Source: an uncultured Erysipelotrichaceae bacterium (GTDB taxonomy: Bacteria; Bacillota_I; Bacilli_A; Erysipelotrichales; Erysipelotrichaceae). From it: 23,290 nt of DNA. The stretch lies in NCBI GenBank assembly GCA_964436975.1, contig CAYTET010000002.1, positions 13,079-36,368 on the forward strand. The letters run 5' to 3'. Positions 15,840 through 21,400 of the stretch are shown piece by piece. A program made the position numbers and the translations under genes. Within the stretch, counting starts at the first letter, position 1, and every line of letters begins with the position of its first letter. The notes beneath the pieces are model-generated. The model saw only the letters and a list, made by a program, of their open reading frames with translations, was not told the DNA's origin and searched no databases.

Positions 15840-15869
15840 ATTATGACATAGCGCCCAGACCGGATTCAA
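15840..15869 (-). promoter_or_regulatory. Candidate sigma-A promoter for fumC
   Basis: The minus strand reads TTGAAT, 18-nt spacer, CATAAT. The -35 overlaps the araC-family stop codon (15866-15868). Confidence 0.4.
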
Positions 15870-16732
15870 TTATGGCCCGACACTCTTTCACCCGGTTTGA
15901 CGGAAAGCTGGCGGTAGCGGGTCGGCGTCATTTTAGTGTAGGCCTGGAAAATGTGATTGAAATAGCTGGGCGAGGCAAAGCCGACATCCTGGGCAATGTC
16001 AGCAATGGCGGCGCTGGTGTTCTGCAGTCTGATCTGGGCTTCCCCGACCCGCCGCAGGGTCAGATAGCGGATTGGCGGGCAGCCAATATAGCGGGTGAAC
16101 AGGTGGCTCAGATAGTACGGGCTGGTATGAAAGCGTCCGGCCAGGGTTTCCAGGGTCAGATTACTGGCAAAATTCTGGCTGATGTACTGCTGGATTTCGG
16201 CAACCAGCAGATTGCCCCGCCGGCTGGCCGGATCGGCTCCCTGCAGAATCCGGCTGCCTTCTTCATAAAGATAGGTCAGCAGGCTGACGGCCAGCATCTG
16301 GGCGGTGGTCTGCAGGCTCTGGTTGGCCAGCGTCTGGTAACAGGATGTCACTAACTGGTCCAGCGGCAGCGTTTTGTCAGCGGCTTTAATTACGGGAACG
16401 GCCTGAACAGGCAGCAGGCAGTTAGCCGGCCGGTCCTTCAGCCGGACATTTTTATAAAGGAAGGAATAGGTCATAAAGCTGCTGACAGAAAGCGGGTTTT
16501 CCCCATGCAGAGTCGAGCCGTTGATGACCATCAGATCACCCGGGCTGACATGATAGCAGCGGTCACCGATGATTTCTTCGCCCTGGCCGCTTTTAACATA
16601 AATAATCTCCAGATGGGCGCTGTGGGCATGCAGCAGGGCCTTGTATTCTTTTTCCGGCCGGCAGTAGATATTGGAAAGCACCGGCAGCCGGCCGTCGGCA
16701 AAACAGGACATATCCAGGGATGAATTGAGCAT
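15866..16732 (-). CDS. AraC-family transcriptional regulator (cupin sensor + double HTH)
   Basis: 288 aa. The N-terminal cupin-like segment is HAHSAHLEIIYVKSGQGEEIIGDRCYHVSPGDLMVINGSTLHG. The C-terminal AraC HTH is LTLETLAGRFHTSPYYLSHLFTRYIGCPPIRYLTLRRVGEAQIRL...IADIAQDVGFASPSYFNHIFQAYTKMTPTRYR. GGGAGG SD is present. Confidence 0.88.
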   Translation of the reverse strand: MLNSSLDMSCFADGRLPVLSNIYCRPEKEYKALLHAHSAHLEIIYVKSGQGEEIIGDRCYHVSPGDLMVINGSTLHGENPLSVSSFMTYSFLYKNVRLKDRPANCLLPVQAVPVIKAADKTLPLDQLVTSCYQTLANQSLQTTAQMLAVSLLTYLYEEGSRILQGADPASRRGNLLVAEIQQYISQNFASNLTLETLAGRFHTSPYYLSHLFTRYIGCPPIRYLTLRRVGEAQIRLQNTSAAIADIAQDVGFASPSYFNHIFQAYTKMTPTRYRQLSVKPGERVSGHN

Positions 16733-16906
16733 GATTACCTCCCGAAAGCAACAACGTGCAAGTCTGCATATAAATAATACGCTAAAACAGCCATATTGAC
16801 AGCCAATTGAGACAAGAACGTGCTACCGGCTGCTGAAAAAGGCATGCTATCATTTGGATAGATGGAATAGCAGATTGAAAACCACAATAAAGGGAGGATT
16901 GAAAAG

Positions 16907-17926
16907 ATGGATGAGATAAGAATCGGATCAGTTGGTCTGGGCCGGCTGGGGTATGAGCATGCCAAGAATCTGGCCGGTCAGGTCAGAAACGGCCGGCTCT
17001 GTGCCATCTGCGATGTCGATGAGAAAAGACTTGGCGAGGTAGCCGCCGAACTGCAGATAGAGAAAACATATACCGATTTTGAAAAGATGTGCGCCGATAA
17101 GGATCTGGATGCCATCGTCATTGTTTCACCTTCGGCCTTTCATGCCGATCAGATTCATACGGCCCTGGATGCCGGCAAGCATGTCTTCTGCGAAAAGCCG
17201 CTGGATACGACCGTTGCCAAATGCAAGCAAGCCGAAAAAAGCGTGGAGGCCCATCCGGACAGGGTATTCATGCTGGGCTTTATGCGCCGGTATGATGTCT
17301 CTTACCAGAAGGCTATCGCTAAAATCAGAAGCGGGGCCATCGGCCGGGTCAGTCTTGTCCGCTCCTATACAGAGGATCCAATCTCGGCTATCGACAGTGT
17401 TTTGAAATTTGCGCCGCATTCCGGCGGCCAGTTCATTGATATGAGTGTGCATGATATTGATCTGGTCCGCTGGTTTACCGGCTCGGATCCGCAGCAGGTC
17501 TGGGCCATCGGCGATACCTATGAGTTTACCCAGATGGCTGACTGGAAGGATACCGACCAGAGTGCGGCCATGATGCAGTGCGCCAACGGGGCCATGGCCT
17601 TTATATATTCCAGCCGGACGGCCGCTAATGGTTCTAATATCGAAACTGAGATCATTGGCACTAAAGGAGAACTGCGGATCGGTTCAGTCGGGGCCGACAG
17701 CATGCTGGAGGAGTTTAACGAACATGGCATCTGCCGCGGGCAGTACAGTGATTTCGTCAAGAGATGGCATCAGGCCTATATTAATGAAATGAATGAATTC
17801 GTGGCCTGCATCCGGGAGAAACGCCATCCGGAAGTTACCGTTTATGACGGGACAAAGGCTTCAGCCGTGGCCTATGCCTGTAAAGACTCCTATGAAAACG
17901 GCGGGCTGCGGAAGATCGTTTACTGA
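16907..17926 (+). CDS. Gfo/Idh/MocA-family NAD(P)-dependent oxidoreductase (inositol/sugar dehydrogenase-like)
   Basis: 339 aa. Rossmann N-terminus IRIGSVGLGRLGYEHAKNL, the family motif HVFCEKPL, and a C-terminal alpha/beta dimerisation domain. GGGAGG SD is present. The gene is divergent from the AraC regulator, a typical sugar-catabolic arrangement. Confidence 0.85.
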   Translation: MDEIRIGSVGLGRLGYEHAKNLAGQVRNGRLCAICDVDEKRLGEVAAELQIEKTYTDFEKMCADKDLDAIVIVSPSAFHADQIHTALDAGKHVFCEKPLDTTVAKCKQAEKSVEAHPDRVFMLGFMRRYDVSYQKAIAKIRSGAIGRVSLVRSYTEDPISAIDSVLKFAPHSGGQFIDMSVHDIDLVRWFTGSDPQQVWAIGDTYEFTQMADWKDTDQSAAMMQCANGAMAFIYSSRTAANGSNIETEIIGTKGELRIGSVGADSMLEEFNEHGICRGQYSDFVKRWHQAYINEMNEFVACIREKRHPEVTVYDGTKASAVAYACKDSYENGGLRKIVY

Positions 17927-17957
17927 TAATACGCCGGTATAATTGACATGACAGGGA

Positions 17958-17988
17958 AATCAGATCAGGGGGTCTGGTTTTCTTTTTG
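17958..17988 (+). terminator. Probable rho-independent terminator after the oxidoreductase gene
   Basis: AATCAGATC (17958-17966), loop AGGG, GGTCTGGTT (17971-17979). This gives 9 bp including two G-U pairs, followed by TTCTTTTTG. Confidence 0.5.
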
Positions 17989-18006
17989 CGGGTTCAGGCA
18001 GTTTTA

Positions 18007-18035
18007 TTGCAACGGCTAAACCGGGATGGTATACT
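18007..18035 (+). promoter_or_regulatory. Near-consensus sigma-A promoter upstream of the adhesin gene
   Basis: TTGCAA (18007-18012), exactly 17-nt spacer, TATACT (18030-18035). It sits directly after the terminator and about 297 nt upstream of ATG 18332. Confidence 0.55.
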
Positions 18036-18331
18036 GAATTGCTGCCCGCAAGGGCGATAAATGAGCTGTATCCGGCTGAGCAGGTTTCAGCCGCATCTAT
18101 AATTATATTTAAAACCAGGCAAAAGCGCTTAAAAGACAAAATAAGCCGCTCTAACGTGCTTTAAAATGCTCATTTACAACAAATTATTACTCATTTGAGC
18201 CTGTTAGCTATTTTTATTTTTCTGTAATATAAGTATGAGGCGAAGCGTTTACATTTTGAGCGCGCCTTGCCTTAACGGGCTTAAATTTGTTATCAAGCAG
18301 TTCTGTATATAGAGAAATGAGGATAAGGAAT

Positions 18332-18442
18332 ATGAAAAAAACAGTTATATCCAGCATTATTTCAGCCAACAGGAAGCTGCTGGCAGTGGTCATGTCACTG
18401 CTGCTGTGCTTCTCCATGATGTCCTTCGATGGGATTCTGGCA
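18332..18442 (+). other. Sec-type signal peptide of the adhesin-like protein
   Basis: MKKTVISSIISANRKLLAVVMSLLLCFSMMSFDGILA/SSEP has a basic n-region, a hydrophobic core, and an A-x-A-like ILA cleavage context near residue 37. LLLC is a poor lipobox. Confidence 0.7.
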
Positions 18443-21400
18443 TCGTCAGAACCGATCAGCGGGGACGGCGGAACTAATAATGCTCCTACTTCGGACGTTA
18501 CTACCGGAGCCGACGGCGGGACCGCCACAAATGCGGAAACCTTCACAGTCACCTTTAAAGACTGGGACGGCAGCATTTTAGGCTCGGTCCAGACGGTTGA
18601 AGCCGGTCAGGCGGCGGTGGCACCGGATGCCCCGACACGTGATGGCTTTAAATTTACCGGCTGGAGCAAGACATTCGACAATATCACAGCCGATACTGAG
18701 ATTATTGCCCAGTATGAAGAGCTGGAAACGAGGGTTATAACTGTCTATTATCAGATTGAATCGACGCATGCGACCGCGGCGCCTTCTTACGTTGCCACGG
18801 TGCAGAAGGGCAATGCTTTTAAAGAAACCATTGTTTCCCCGGTAATTGAAGGCTATGTTGCCAGCCAGGCTCAGATCGAGTTGGATATTACGGCTGTCAA
18901 TGAGAACCTGACTTACTATGTTACATACAGCTACAGCACCGGAACATCCTACAAGGTAAATTATTACCAGCAGAATGTGGCTGGTGACGGCTATGATCTG
19001 GCGGAAACCGTATCGCTGACCGGCGAGACCGGTGCGGATACAGCCGCTGTTGCCAAAACATATACCGGCTTTAATTTAAAAGAAGAGATTGTTCAGAGCA
19101 AGATTGCGGCTGACGGCACGACAGTCATTAATGTCTACTACAACCGCCAGGCTTTCTATATTAACTTTATCTTGGGCGAAGGCGGCTATGGGGTTGATCC
19201 TGTTGTCGCTCTTTATGGCAGTGCTATTGATGCGGCTGCGATTGGTACACCGACCCGGCCCGGCTATACTTTCACCGGCTGGGATAAGGAAATCCCGGCA
19301 ACCATGCCGGCTTCCAATACTACTATTACAGCCAGCTGGACAACCAACCAGGTTGCCTACACCATTGTCTACTGGGGTGAGAATGCCGATGACACCGATT
19401 ACTCGGTGTTAGGCTATGATACCTCCAAGACGGCTAATGCCGGTTCAGAAGTTACCGTTTCTTCATATGCCAAGTCCTTTGACTATTTTACTTTCAGTTC
19501 GGCTGAAACCAAGACGGTCAACGGTGACGGCTCAACGGTCATCAACGTTTATTTTTCACGCAATACATACAAGATGACTTTCATCATCTCTCAAAACGGA
19601 CAAATATACCGGCCGAGCAACTCGAACTATCAGTATAGATCGGCCACTGTACTGCCTGTCATTACCATTGGCGGCACGGCTTATTCTGTAACTTATTCTT
19701 TTACTGCCAAATATGAATCGGATATCAGCTCTCTGTGGCCGACGGCTAACAATGTGACAACGTCGCCTAAGAATTACTCTACAACTTATTATTTTGTAGG
19801 ATGGAGCGGGTCATCCATAAACACGTCCAAGCGGCTGAGTTTAACCGCCGATTTGATTGGCGACAAGACCAATAACAGCGAAACGCAGTATAAGGCAATG
19901 TGGAATAACAGCACGGTCCGCTATGAACTGCACTACTGGCTGATGAATGCTGATATGACTACTTATACCGACAGCCCCTTATACTATCAGGTCGTTAATT
20001 ATCCGCAAACAAGCTGGAATGCCAAAGATATTGCCGGTTTCACTTTTGTAAGGCAGAAATTGGGCGATTCAGCTAATAATTTTGTTGATGGAAACGGCTC
20101 AAATAGTGATCCGTACATTGTCAATTTTTACTACAGCCGCAATACATACACGCTGTCCTTCAACAATGTAGGATCGGTTTCTTCAAGCGCGAAGGCGTAT
20201 GAAGCGGATATCAGCGGAACTTATACGGTGCCGGATCGTCCGTCAAGCGTTCCGAGTGACTATGAATTTAAGGGCTGGTATACCAGCAGCGAATTTGTTG
20301 AGGGTACCCAGTTCAACTTTACCGGTGCTACTATGCCGGCCAGCGATCTGATGCTGTATGCCTACTGGGCCAAGCCGACTTATGATGTCACGGTTACCAT
20401 TACTATCGATTCCATTGAAACCCAGTACATTACCAAGGGCGAACTGGCAGTTGAACCGGAACTCCCGGAGAATCCGGGCTATGTGTTTGGCGGCTGGTAT
20501 CTGACCGGCACTGACACCCCGTTCAGTTTTGATCTGCCTATTACCAAGGCATATGAAATTGAAGCCCGCTGGGTAGCCAAGGACAATGTCCCTTATACTG
20601 TCAAGTATCTCAATTCAGCTGATAATTCCGAGCTGCATGCGGCTGTTAATGGTATTGGCTACAAGGATTCCACCATTACGGTTGAGGCTGAAGCCATTAA
20701 CGGCTATCTGCCCGACAAGCTGTCCAAGAGTGTGGTGCTGGCCAATGCGACCGGCAACGAAGTCATTTTCTATTACACTCCGTTCATCTCGGTTGACTAC
20801 ACAGTTAATTATGAGGATGCTGATGGCAACAAACTTTTAGAGCCGGTTACGATTAATACCACGGACAGCGTGGTGACGGCCCAGTTTGCCAACATCCCCG
20901 GCTACACGCCTGATTATTATCAGAAGACCTTAAGACTGACTAATGATCCGTCTATTAACCAGATTACCTTTGTCTATACTCCTAATAAGCTGGTTGAATA
21001 CAAGATTGAATACTATCAGCAGAGGACCAGTCTGGATGGCTATGACCTGATCAGCACAACCACCAACACCCAGGCGGTCGGCTATACTGTTTCCACCGAT
21101 GGCAAGCCGGTTCCGGCCGGATTCTATCTGCGGACCGATATCAGCAAGCTGTCAGGTGTTGTTACGCCGACCGGCGTTACTTTAAAAGTCTATTATGACC
21201 GGCTGAAAGTTGACTATGTGGTTCATTACTATAAGGAAGGCACCACTGAAATGGTGGCTGTCAACAGTGATGTAACCGGCAAAGCCTATTTCGGCACGGA
21301 TGTGACAGTTTATTACAAAGACTTCCCGGGCTTCCTGTTAATCGGAAGTCAGCAGAGAACAATCACGATGCAGGCCGATGCCGCTGACAACGTAGAGATC

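Noticed and set aside
1314-15869. Over-extended ORF-track starts at 1314 (darA), 3136 (ispF), 5863 (5'-nucleotidase), 10087 (S66), 11213 (GH2) and 15869 (fumC)
   Set aside because: In each case a downstream ATG has a proper Shine-Dalgarno sequence and matches the conserved family N-terminus. The extensions would also overlap the upstream gene, a terminator or a promoter. Coordinates were trimmed to 1335, 3145, 5827, 10162, 11267 and 15815.
16795-16811. ATTGA(C/G) direct repeat with an 11-nt period in the araC/oxidoreductase intergenic region as an AraC operator
   Set aside because: Only 5 nt are shared between the copies. AraC-family sites are usually 17-18 bp half-sites at roughly 21-bp spacing, so the evidence is too weak to report.
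16735-16965. 76-aa hydrophobic minus-strand ORF in the araC/oxidoreductase divergent region
   Set aside because: It uses a TTG start located inside the oxidoreductase coding sequence, has no SD, and overlaps the oxidoreductase RBS and start. It is most likely a chance ORF in AT-rich promoter DNA.
18237-18314. 25-codon ORF (MRRSVYILSAPCLNGLKFVIKQFCI) and 13-codon ORF at 18061 in the adhesin leader as leader peptides
   Set aside because: They have no convincing SD, no recognisable attenuation structure, and a composition unremarkable for random AT-rich sequence.
18335-18341. A7 tract immediately after the adhesin ATG as a slipped-strand phase-variation switch
   Set aside because: Seven As encode the common MKK n-region. 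Comparable A7 runs occur inside ordinary genes here (for example in the S66 gene near 10687-10693 and 10755-10761), so the tract is too short and too ordinary to call.
18214-18769. Minus-strand ORFs 18214..18576 and 18578..18769 at the 5' end of the adhesin locus
   Set aside because: They are antisense to the adhesin signal-peptide and first-repeat coding region. The plus-strand frame has an SD, a signal peptide and about 5 kb of uninterrupted repeat-domain coding, so these are shadows.
19089-20840. Plus-strand ORFs 19089..19412 (107 aa) and 20586..20840 (84 aa)
   Set aside because: Both are out of frame (+1) relative to the long adhesin reading frame and encode Leu/Arg/Pro-rich nonsense.
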